DNA of 64,000 nucleotides from the human T2T-CHM13v2.0 reference genome, Homo sapiens: NCBI RefSeq assembly GCF_009914755.1, contig NC_060939.1. One strand, written 5' to 3'. Position 1 is the first letter of the stretch. Every line of letters starts with the position of its first letter. The notes beneath the pieces were generated by a model. The model saw only the letters and a program-made list of their open reading frames with translations. It made no database searches and was not told the origin of the DNA. Of this stretch, positions 24,301 through 37,200 are shown piece by piece. Both the position numbers and the translations under genes were made by a program.

Positions 24301-27300
24301 AATAAGTTCCATTCAAGACCATTTCTTTTGAGTCCATTCTATTTGAGTCCATTCCCTTTGATTCCATAACATTTGAGTCCATTCAATTCCATTCCTTTCG
24401 TTTCCTTTCCATTTGATGCCATTCCATTCAATTCTGTTCTACTCGACTCCAATACATTCAATTCCATTCCATCCGATTCCATTACATTCTTTTCATTTCT
24501 TATCCATTTCAAGCCATTCCACTCCATTCCATTCCACTCGTTTCCTTTCCATTCGAGTCCATTCCTCTCCAGTCCATTCCGTTCAATCCATTCCATTCCA
24601 GTCCATTCCATTCGAGTCCGTTCCATTCCAGTCCATTCCATTCGAGTCAATTCCATCCCATTCGATGTCTTTCCGTAACGATCCATTCCATTCTATTCCT
24701 TTCGATTCCATTCCATTCTATTTCATTCCATTCGATTCCCTTCCATTGGACTCCTTTCCATTCGAGTGCATTCCATTCCGTTCCATTTCTTTCCGTTCTG
24801 TACGATTCCTACCGTTCGATTTCATTTTGTTCCAGTCCATTCTTTCGCGTCCATTCCATTCCATTTCACTCCATTCGATTCCATTCCACTCGATTCCACT
24901 TCGTTCCATTTCATTGCATTCCATTCTATTCAAGTCTATTGCCTTTCATTCCATTCCATTCGATTACATTCCATGCGATTCCATTCGAAATCGAATCAAT
25001 TACATTGCAATCCATTACTATTGAGTCCGTTTTATTCCAGTCCACTGCATTCTGGTCCATTCCATTTGAATCCATTCCATTCTATTCCATTCCATACAGT
25101 TGCATTCCATTGGATTCCATGCTATATCTATAAATTCAATTCGAGACCATTGCTTTTGAGTCCATTCTATATGATTCCATTCCATTCAAGTCCATTACAT
25201 TTGGTTCAATTCCATTCCATTCCATTCCCTTCCATTCCATTCCAGTTGATATCAATCCATTCGATTCCATTCCATTCGAGCACATTCCATTCGAGTCCAT
25301 TCCATTCGATGCCATTCCATTTGATTCTATTCCATTAGTCTCCATTCAATTCCATTAATCTCCATTCCATTCCATTCTACTCCAACTGATTCCATTCCAT
25401 TCTGTTCCTTTCCATTCCATTTCATTCCATTCCATTCCATTCCATTCCATTCCATTCCATTCCATTCCATTCGTGTCCATTCCACTCCAGTCCATTCCAT
25501 TCGTATCCATTCCATTCCAGTCCATTCCATTTGTGTCCACTGCATTCCATTCCACTCCATTCCATATTATTCCATTACACTCCATTCCATTCTATTACTT
25601 TCATTTCCATTCAATTCCATTCCATTTGATTCCATTCCACTCGGTTTCATTCCATTTGAGTCCACTCCATTCCATTCCATTCCATTCAGTTCCATTCGAT
25701 TCTGTTCCATTCCATTCCGTTCCGTTACATTCCATTCCATTCGGTACCATTCCATATTGTTCCATTCGATTCCATTCGAATCCGTTCCATTCCAGTCCAT
25801 TCCATTCGATTCCATTCCATTCATTTCAATTCCATTCCATTCCATTCCATTACTTTCCACTTGATTCCTCTCCATTCCCTTCCACTGCATTCCGTTCGAT
25901 TCCATTCCATTGCATTGCATTCCATTCCATTGGATTGCATTCCATTCGATTCCATTCCATTCGAATCAATTACATAGCAATCCATTACATTCGAGTCTAT
26001 TCTCTTCCGTTCCATTCGATTTCGTTCCAATCCATTCGATTCCATTCCATTCGATTCCATTCCATACTATTGCATTCCATTCGATTACATTATATTCGAA
26101 TAAGTTCCATTCAAGACCATTTCTTTTGAGTCCATTCTATTTGAGTCCATTCCCTTTGATTCCATAACATTTGAGTCCATTCAATTCCATTCCTTTCGTT
26201 TCCATTCCATTTGATGCCATTCCATTCAATTCTGTTCTACTCGACTCCAATACATTCAATTCCATTCCATCCGATTCCATTACATTCTTTTCATTTCTTA
26301 TCCATTTCAAGCCATTCCACTCCATTCCATTCCACTCGTTTCCTTTCCATTCGAGTCCATTCCTCTCCAGTCCATTCCGTTCAATCCATTCCATTCCAGT
26401 CCATTCCATTCGAGTCCGTTCCATTCCAGTCCATTCCATTCGAGTCAATTCCATTCCATTCGATGTCTTTCCATAACGATCCATTCCATTCTATTACTTT
26501 CGATTCCATTCCATTCTATTTCATTCCATTCGATTCCCTTCCATTGGACTCCTTTCCATTCGAGTGCATTCCATTCCGTTCCATTTCTTTCCGTTCTGTA
26601 CGATTCCTACCGTTCGATTTCATTTTGTTCCAGTCCATTCCTTTCGCGTCCATTCCATTCCATTTCACTCCATTCGATTCCATTCCACTCGATTCCACTT
26701 CGTTCCATTTCATTGCATTCCATTCTATTCAACTCTATTGCCTTCCATTCCATTCCATTCGATTACATTCCATGCGATTCCATTCGAAATCGAATCAATT
26801 ACATTGCAAACCATTACTATTGAGTCCGTTTTATTCCAGTCCACTGCATTCTGGTCCATTCCATTTGATTCCATTCCATTCTATTCCATTCCATACAGTT
26901 GCATTCCATTGGATTCCATGCTATATCTATAAATTCAATTCGAGACCATTGCTTTTGAGTCCATTTTATATGATTCCATTCCATTCAAGTCCATTACATT
27001 TGGTTCAATTCCATTCCATTCCATTCCCTTTCATTCCATTCCATTTGATATCAATCCATTCTATTCCATTCCATTCGAGCACATTCCATTCGAGTCCATT
27101 CCATTCGATGCCATTCCATTTGATTCTATTCCATTAGTCTCCATTCAATTCCATTAATCTCCATTCCATTCCATTCTACTCCAACTGATTCCATTCCATT
27201 CTATTCCTTTCCATTCCATTTCATTCCATTCCATTCCATTTCATTCCATTCCATTCCATTCGTGTCCATTCCACTCCAGTCCATTCCATTCGTGTCCATT

Positions 27301-30300
27301 CCATTCCAGTCCATTCCATTTGTGTCCACTGCATTCCATTCCACTCCATTCCATATTATTCCATTACACTCCATTCCATTCTATTACTTTCATTTCCATT
27401 CAATTCCATTCCATTTGATTGCATTCCACTCGGTTTCATTCCATTTGAGTCCACTCCATTCCATTCCATTCCATTCCATTCAGTTCCATTCCATTCCGTT
27501 CCATTACATTCCATTCCATTCGGTACCATTCCATATTGTTCCATTCGATTCCATTCGAATCCATTCCATTCCAGTCCATTCCATTCGATTCCATTCCATT
27601 CATTTCAATTCCATTCCATTCCATTCCATTCCATTCCACTTGATTCCTCTCCATTCCCTTCCACTGCATTCCGTTCGATTCCATTCCATTGCATTGCATT
27701 CCATTCCATTGGATTGCATTCCATTCGATTCCATTCCATTCGAATCAATTACATAGCAATCCATTACATTCGAGTCTATTCTCTTCCGTTCCATTCGATT
27801 TCGTTCCAATCCATTCGATTCCATTCCATTCGATTCCATTCCATACTATTGCATTCCATTCGATTACATTATATTCGAATAAGTTCCATTCAAGACCATT
27901 TCTTTTGAGTCCATTCTATTTGAGTCCATTCCCTTTGATTCCATAACATTTGAGTCCATTCAATTCCATTCCTTTCGTTTCCATTCCATTTGATGCCATT
28001 CCATTCAATTCTGTTCTACTCGACTCCAATACATTCAATTCCATTCCATCCGATTCCATTACATTCTTTTCATTTCTTATCCATTTCAAGCCATTCCACT
28101 CCATTCCATTCCACTCGTTTCCTTTCCATTCGAGTCCATTCCTCTCCAGTCCATTCCGTTCAATCCATTCCATTCCAGTCCATTTCATTCGAGTCCGTTC
28201 CATTCCAGTCCATTCCATTCGAGTCAATTCCATCCCATTCGATGTCTTTCCATAACGATCCATTCCATTCTATTCCTTTCGATTCCATTCCATTCTATTT
28301 CATTCCATTCGATTCCCTTCCATTGGACTCCTTTCCATTCGAGTGCATTCCATTCCGTTCCATTTCTTTCCGTTCTGTACGATTCCTACCGTTCGATTTC
28401 ATTTTGTTCCAGTCCATTCCTTTCGCGTCCATTCCATTCCATTTCACTCCATTCGATTCCATTCCACTCGATTCCACTTCGTTCCATTTCATTGCATTCC
28501 ATTCTATTCAACTCTATTGCCTTCCATTCCATTCCATTCGATTACATTCCATGCGATTCCATTCGAAATCGAATCAATTACATTGTATTCCATTACTATT
28601 GTGTCCGTTTTATTCCAGTCCACTGCATTCTGGTCCATTCCATTTGATTCCATTCCATTCTATTCCATTCCATACAGTTGCATTCCATTGAACTCCATTG
28701 TATATCTATAAATTCAATTCGAGACCATTGCTTTTGAGTCCATTCTATATGATTCCATTCCATTCAAGTCCATTACATTTGGTTCAATTCCATTCCATTC
28801 CATTCCCTTCCATTCCATTCCAGTTGATATCAATCCATTCGATTCCATTCCATTCGAGCACATTCCATTCGAGTCCATTCCATTCGATGCCATTCCATTT
28901 GATTCTATTCCATTAGTCTCCATTCAATTCCATTAATCTCCATTCCATTCCATTCTACTCCAACTGATTCCATTCCATTCTATTCCTTTCCATTCCATTT
29001 CATTCCATTCCATTCCATTTCATTCCATTCCATTCCATTCCATTCCATTCGCTTCCATTCCATTCGTGTCCATTGCATTCCAGTCCATTCCATTTGTGTC
29101 CACTGCATTCCATTCCACTCCATTCCATATTATTCCATTACACTCCATTCCATTCTATTACTTTCATTTCCATTGAATTCCATTCCATTTGATTCCATTC
29201 CACTCGGTTTCATTCCATTTGAGTCCACTCCACTCCATTCCATTCCATTCCATTCCATTCAGTTCCATTCCATTCTGTTCCATTCCATTCCGTTCCATTG
29301 CATTCCATTCCATTCGGTACCATTCCATATTGTTCCATTCGATTCCATTCGAATCCATTCCATTCCAGTCCATTCCATTCGATTCCATTCCATTCATTTC
29401 AATTCCATTCCATTCCATTCCATTCCACTTGATTCCACTCCATTCCCTTCCACTGCATTCCATTGCATTGCATTCCATTCCATTGGACTGCATTCCATTC
29501 GATTCCATTCCATTCGAATCAATTACATAGCAATCCATTACATTCGAGTCTATTCTATTCCGTTCCATTCGATTTCGTTCCAATCCATTCGATTCCATTC
29601 CATTCGATTCCATTCCATACTATTGCATTCCATTCTATTACATTATATTCGAATAAGTTCCATTCAAGACCATTTCTTTTGAGTCCATTCTATTTGAGTC
29701 CATTCCCTTTGATTCCATAACATTTGAGTCCATTCAATTCCATTCCTTTCGTTTCCTTTCCATTTGATGCCATTCCATTCAATTCTGTTCTACTCGACTC
29801 CAATACATTCAATTCCATTCCATCCGATTCCATTACATTCTTTTCATTTCTTATCCATTTCAAGCCATTCCACTCCATTCCATTCCACTCGTTTCCTTTC
29901 CATTCGAGTCCATTCCTCTCCAGTCCATTCCGTTCAATCCATTCCATTCCAGTCCATTCCATTCGAGTCCGTTCCATTCCAGTCCATTCCATTCGAGTCA
30001 ATTCCATCCCATTCGATGTCTTTCCGTAACGATCCATTCCATTCTATTCCTTTCGATTCCATTCCATTCTATTTCATTCCATTCGATTCCCTTCCATTGG
30101 ACTCCTTTCCATTCGAGTGCATTCCATTCCGTTCCATTTCTTTCCGTTCTGTACGATTCCTACCGTTCGATTTCATTTTGTTCCAGTCCATTCTTTCGCG
30201 TCCATTCCATTCCATTTCACTCCATTCGATTCCATTCCACTCGATTCCACTTCGTTCCATTTCATTGCATTCCATTCTATTCAACTCTATTGCCTTTCAT

Positions 30301-31200
30301 TCCATTCCATTCGATTACATTCCATGCGATTCCATTCGAAATCGAATCAATTACATTGCAATCCATTACTATTGAGTCCGTTTTATTCCAGTCCACTGCA
30401 TTCTGGTCCATTCCATTTGAATCCATTCCATTCTATTCCATTCCATACAGTTGCATTCCATTGGATTCCATGCTATATCTATAAATTCAATTCGAGACCA
30501 TTGCTTTTGAGTCCATTCTATATGATTCCATTCCATTCAAGTCCATTACATTTGGTTAAATTCCATTCCATTCGGTTCAATTCCATTCCATTCCATTCCC
30601 TTCCATTCCATTCCAGTTGATATCAATCCATTCGATTCCATTCCATTCGAGCACATTCCATTCGAGTCCATTCCATTCGATGCCATTCCATTTGATTCTA
30701 TTCCATTAGTCTCCATTCAATTCCATTAATCTCCATTCCATTCCATTCTACTCCAACTGATTCCATTCCATTCTGTTCCTTTCCATTCCATTTCATTCCA
30801 TTCCATTCCATTCCATTCCATTCCATTCCATTCGTGTCCATTCCACTCCAGTCCATTCCATTCGTATCCATTCCATTCCAGTCCATTCCATTTGTGTCCA
30901 CTGCATTCCATTCCACTCCATTCCATATTATTCCATTACACTCCATTCCATTCTATTACTTTCATTTCCATTCAATTCCATTCCATTTGATTCCATTCCA
31001 CTCGGTTTCATTCCATTTGAGTCCACTCCATTCCATTCCATTCCATTCAGTTCCATTCGATTCTGTTCCATTCCATTCCGTTCCGTTACATTCCATTCCA
31101 TTCGGTACCATTCCATATTGTTCCATTCGATTCCATTCGAATCCGTTCCATTCCAGTCCATTCCATTCGATTCCATTCCATTCATTTCAATTCCATTCCA
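20330..31200 (+). repeat. Local three-unit higher-order repeat, period 5351 bp, about two full copies
   Basis: Anchor spacings 20820-26171, 22599-27950 and 24373-29724 are all 5351. Shared private variants: tgattgcattcc (~22065/~27416), cattgtattcc...attgtgtcc (~23230/~28581), ttccgtaacg (~24671/~30022), tctgttcctt (~25401/~30772, offset changed by indels). Boundaries are approximate. Confidence 0.88.
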
Positions 31201-34185
31201 TTCCATTCCATTACATTCCACTTGATTCCTCTCCATTCCCTTCCACTGCATTCCGTTCGATTCCATTCCATTGCATTGCATTCCATTCCATTGGATTGCA
31301 TTCCATTCGATTCCATTCCATTCGAATCAATTACATAGCAATCCATTACATTCGAGTCTATTCTCTTCCGTTCCATTCGATTTCGTTCCAATCCATTCGA
31401 TTCCATTCCATTCGATTCCATTCCATACTATTGCATTCCATTCGATTACATTATATTCGAATAAGTTCCATTCAAGACCATTTCTTTTGAGTCCATTCTA
31501 TTTGAGTCCATTCCCTTTGATTCCATAACATTTGAGTCCATTCAATTCCATTCCTTTCGTTTCCATTCCATTTGATGCCATTCCATTCAATTCTGTTCTA
31601 CTCGACTCCAATACATTCAATTCCATTCCATCCGATTCCATTACATTCTTTTCATTTCTTATCCATTTCAAGCCATTCCACTCCATTCCATTCCACTCGT
31701 TTCCTTTCCATTCGAGTCCATTCCTCTCCAGTCCATTCCGTTCAATCCATTCCATTCCAGTCCATTCCATTCGAGTCCGTTCCATTCCAGTCCATTCCAT
31801 TCGAGTCAATTCCATTCCATTCGATGTCTTTCCATAACGATCCATTCCATTCTATTCCTTTCGATTCCATTCCATTCTATTTCATTCCATTCGATTCCCT
31901 TCCATTGGACTCCTTTCCATTCGAGTGCATTCCATTCCGTTCCATTTCTTTCCGTTCTGTACGATTCCTACCGTTCGATTTCATTTTGTTCCAGTCCATT
32001 CTTTCGCGTCCATTCCATTCCATTTCACTCCATTCGATTCCATTCCACTCGATTCCACTTCGTTCCATTTCATTGCATTCCATTCTATTCAACTCTATTG
32101 CCTTCCATTCCATTCCATTCGATTACATTCCATGCGATTCCATTCGAAATCGAATCAATTACATTGCAATCCATTACTATTGAGTCCGTTTTATTCCAGT
32201 CCACTGCATTCTGGTCCATTCCATTTGATTCCATTCCATTCTATTCCATTCCATACAGTTGCATTCCATTGGATTCCATGCTATATCTATAAATTCAATT
32301 CGAGACCATTGCTTTTGAGTCCATTCTATATGATTCCATTCCATTCAAGTCCATTACATTTGGTTAAATTCCATTCCATTCGGTTCAATTCCATTCCATT
32401 CCATTCCCTTCCATTCCATTCCAGTTGATATCAATCCATTCGATTCCATTCCATTCGAGCACATTCCATTCGAGTCCATTCCATTCGATGCCATTCCATT
32501 TGATTCTATTCCATTAGTCTCCATTCAATTCCATTAATCTCCATTCCATTCCATTCTACTCCAACTGATTCCATTCCATTCTATTCCTTTCCATTCCATT
32601 TCATTCCATTCCATTCCATTCCATTCCATTCCATTCCATTCGTGTCCATTCCACTCCAGTCCATTCCATTCGTATCCATTCCATTCCAGTCCATTCCATT
32701 TGTGTCCACTGCATTCCATTCCACTCCATTCCATATTATTCCATTACACTCCATTCCATTCTATTACTTTCATTTCCATTCAATTCCATTCCATTTGATT
32801 CCATTCCACTCGGTTTCATTCCATTTGAGTCCACTCCATTCCATTCCATTCCATTCAGTTCCATTCCATTCTGTTCCATTCCATTCCGTTCCATTACATT
32901 CCATTCCATTCGGTACCATTCCATATTGTTCCATTCGATTCCATTCGAATCCATTCCATTCCAGTCCATTCCATTCGATTCCATTCCATTCATTTCAATT
33001 CCATTCCATTCCATTCCATTACATTCCACTTGATTCCTCTCCATTCCCTTCCACTGCATTCCGTTCGATTCCATTCCATTGCATTGCATTCCATTCCATT
33101 GGATTGCATTCCATTCGATTCCATTCCATTCGAATCAATTACGTAGCAATCCATTACATTCGAGTCTATTCTCTTCCGTTCCATTCGATTTCGTTCCAAT
33201 CCATTCGATTCCATTCCATTCGATTCCATTCCATACTATTGCATTCCATTCGATTACATTATATTCGAATAAGTTCCATTCAAGACCATTTCTTTTGAGT
33301 CCATTCTATTTGAGTCCATTCCCTTTGATTCCATAACATTTGAGTCCATTCAATTCCATTCCTTTCGTTTCCATTCCATTTGATGCCATTCCATTCAATT
33401 CTGTTCTACTCGACTCCAATACATTCAATTCCATTCCATCCGATTCCATTACATTCTTTTCATTTCTTATCCATTTCAAGCCATTCCACTCCATTCCATT
33501 CCACTCGTTTCCTTTCCATTCGAGTCCATTCCTCTCCAGTCCATTCCGTTCAATCCATTCCATTCCAGTCCATTCCATTCGAGTCCGTTCCATTCCAGTC
33601 CATTCCATTCGAGTCAATTCCATTCCATTCGATGTCTTTCCATAACGATCCATTCCATTCTATTCCTTTCGATTCCATTCCATTCTATTTCATTCCATTC
33701 GATTCCCTTCCATTGGACTCCTTTCCATTCGAGTGCATTCCATTCCGTTCCATTTCTTTCCGTTCTGTACGATTCCTACCGTTCGATTTCATTTTGTTCC
33801 AGTCCATTCTTTCGCGTCCATTCCATTCCATTTCACTCCATTCGATTCCATTCCACTCGATTCCACTTCGTTCCATTTCATTGCATTCCATTCTATTCAA
33901 CTCTATTGCCTTCCATTCCATTCCATTCGATTACATTCCATGCGATTCCATTCGAAATCGAATCAATTACATTGCAATCCATTACTATTGAGTCCGTTTT
34001 ATTCCAGTCCACTGCATTCTGGTCCATTCCATTTGATTCCATTCCATTCTATTCCATTCCATACAGTTGCATTCCATTGGATTCCATGCTATATCTATAA
34101 ATTCAATTCGAGACCATTGCTTTTGAGTCCATTCTATATGATTCCATTCCATTCAAGTCCATTACATTTGGTTCAATTCCATTCC

Positions 34186-34255
34186 ATTCGGTTCAATTCC
34201 ATTCCATTCCATTCCCTTCCATTCGGTTCAATTCCATTCCATTCCATTCCCTTCC
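34186..34255 (+). repeat. 35 bp direct tandem duplication (attcggttcaattccattccattccattcccttcc x2); also at 46883-46952 and 50529-50598
   Basis: Read directly from the sequence. It explains the three 1838 bp units. Confidence 0.92.
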
Positions 34256-37200
34256 ATTCCATTCCAGTTGATATCAATCCATTCGATTCCATTCCATTCG
34301 AGCACATTCCATTCGAGTCCATTCCATTCGATGCCATTCCATTTGATTCTATTCCATTAGTCTCCATTCAATTCCATTAATCTCCATTCCATTCCATTCT
34401 ACTCCAACTGATTCCATTCCATTCTATTCCTTTTTATTCCATTTCATTCCATTGCATTCCATTCCATTCCATTCCATTCGTGTCCATTCCACTCCAGTCC
34501 ATTCCATTCGTATCCATTCCATTCCAGTCCATTCCATTTGTGTCCACTGCATTCCATTCCACTCCATTCCATATTATTCCATTACACTCCATTCCATTCT
34601 ATTACTTTCATTTCCATTCAATTCCATTCCATTTGATTCCATTCCACTCGGTTTCATTCCATTTGAGTCCACTCCATTCCATTCCATTCCATTCAGTTCC
34701 ATTCCATTCTGTTCCGTTCCATTCCGTTCCATTACATTCCATTCCATTCGGTACCATTCCATATTGTTCCATTCGATTCCATTCGAATCCATTCCATTCC
34801 AGTCCATTCCATTCGATTCCATTCCATTCATTTCAATTCCATTCCATTCCATTCCATTACATTCCACTTGATTCCTCTCCATTCCCTTCCACTGCATTCC
34901 GTTCGATTCCATTCCATTGCATTGCATTCCATTCCATTGGATTGCATTCCATTCGATTCCATTCCATTCGAATCAATTACATAGCAATCCATTACATTCG
35001 AGTCTATTCTCTTCCGTTCCATTCGATTTCGTTCCAATCCATTCGATTCCATTCCATTCGATTCCATTCCATACTATTGCATTCCATTCGATTACATTAT
35101 ATTCGAATAAGTTCCATTCAAGACCATTTCTTTTGAGTCCATTCTATTTGAGTCCATTCCCTTTGATTCCATAACATTTGAGTCCATTCAATTCCATTCC
35201 TTTCGTTTCCATTCCATTTGATGCCATTCCATTCAATTCTGTTCTACTCGACTCCAATACATTCAATTCCATTCCATCCGATTCCATTACATTCTTTTCA
35301 TTTCTTATCCATTTCAAGCCATTCCACTCCATTCCATTCCACTCGTTTCCTTTCCATTCGAGTCCATTCCTCTCCAGTCCATTCCGTTCAATCCATTCCA
35401 TTCCAGTCCATTCCATTCGAGTCCGTTCCATTCCAGTCCATTCCATTCGAGTCAATTCCATTCCATTCGATGTCTTTCCATAACGATCCATTCCATTCTA
35501 TTCCTTTCGATTCCATTCCATTCTATTTCATTCCATTCGATTCCCTTCCATTGGACTCCTTTCCATTCGAGTGCATTCCATTCCGTTCCATTTCTTTCCG
35601 TTCTGTACGATTCCTACCGTTCGATTTCATTTTGTTCCAGTCCATTCTTTCGCGTCCATTCCATTCCATTTCACTCCATTCGATTCCATTCCACTCGATT
35701 CCACTTCGTTCCATTTCATTGCATTCCATTCTATTCAACTCTATTGCCTTCCATTCCATTCCATTCGATTACATTCCATGCGATTCCATTCGAAATCGAA
35801 TCAATTACATTGCAATCCATTACTATTGAGTCCGTTTTATTCCAGTCCACTGCATTCTGGTCCATTCCATTTGATTCCATTCCATTCTATTCCATTCCAT
35901 ACAGTTGCATTCCATTGGATTCCATGCTATATCTATAAATTCAATTCGAGACCATTGCTTTTGAGTCCATTCTATATGATTCCATTCCATTCAAGTCCAT
36001 TACATTTGGTTAAATTCCATTCCATTCGGTTCAATTCCATTCCATTCCATTCCCTTCCATTCCATTCCAGTTGATATCAATCCATTCGATTCCATTCCAT
36101 TCGAGCACATTCCATTCGAGTCCATTCCATTCGATGCCATTCCATTTGATTCTACTCCATTAGTCTCCATTCAATTCCATTAATCTCCATTCCATTCCAT
36201 TCTACTCCAACTGATTCCATTCCATTCTATTCCTTTCCATTCCATTTCATTCCATTCCATTCCATTGCATTCCATTCCATTCCATTCCATTCGTGTCCAT
36301 TCCACTCCAGTCCATTCCATTCGTATCCATTCCATTCCAGTCCATTCCATTTGTGTCCACTGCATTCCATTCCACTCCATTCCATATTATTCCATTACAC
36401 TCCATTCCATTCTATTACTTTCATTTCCATTCAATTCCATTCCATTTGATTCCATTCCACTCGGTTTCATTCCATTTGAGTCCACTCCATTCCATTCCAT
36501 TCCATTCAGTTCCATTCCATTCTGTTCCATTCCATTCCGTTCCATTACATTCCATTCCATTCGGTACCATTCCATATTGTTCCATTCGATTCCATTCGAA
36601 TCCATTCCATTCCAGTCCATTCCATTCGATTCCATTCCATTCATTTCAATTCCATTCCATTCCATTCCATTACATTCCACTTGATTCCTCTCCATTCCCT
36701 TCCACTGCATTCCGTTCGATTCCATTCCATTGCATTGCATTCCATTCCATTGGATTGCATTCCATTCGATTCCATTCCATTCGAATCAATTACGTAGCAA
36801 TCCATTACATTCGAGTCTATTCTCTTCCGTTCCATTCGATTTCGTTCCAATCCATTCGATTCCATTCCATTCGATTCCATTCCATACTATTGCATTCCAT
36901 TCGATTACATTATATTCGAATAAGTTCCATTCAAGACCATTTCTTTTGAGTCCATTCTATTTGAGTCCATTCCCTTTGATTCCATAACATTTGAGTCCAT
37001 TCAATTCCATTCCTTTCGTTTCCATTCCATTTGATGCCATTCCATTCAATTCTGTTCTACTCGACTCCAATACATTCAATTCCATTCCATCCGATTCCAT
37101 TACATTCTTTTCATTTCTTATCCATTTCAAGCCATTCCACTCCATTCCATTCCACTCGTTTCCTTTCCATTCGAGTCCATTCCTCTCCAGTCCATTCCGT

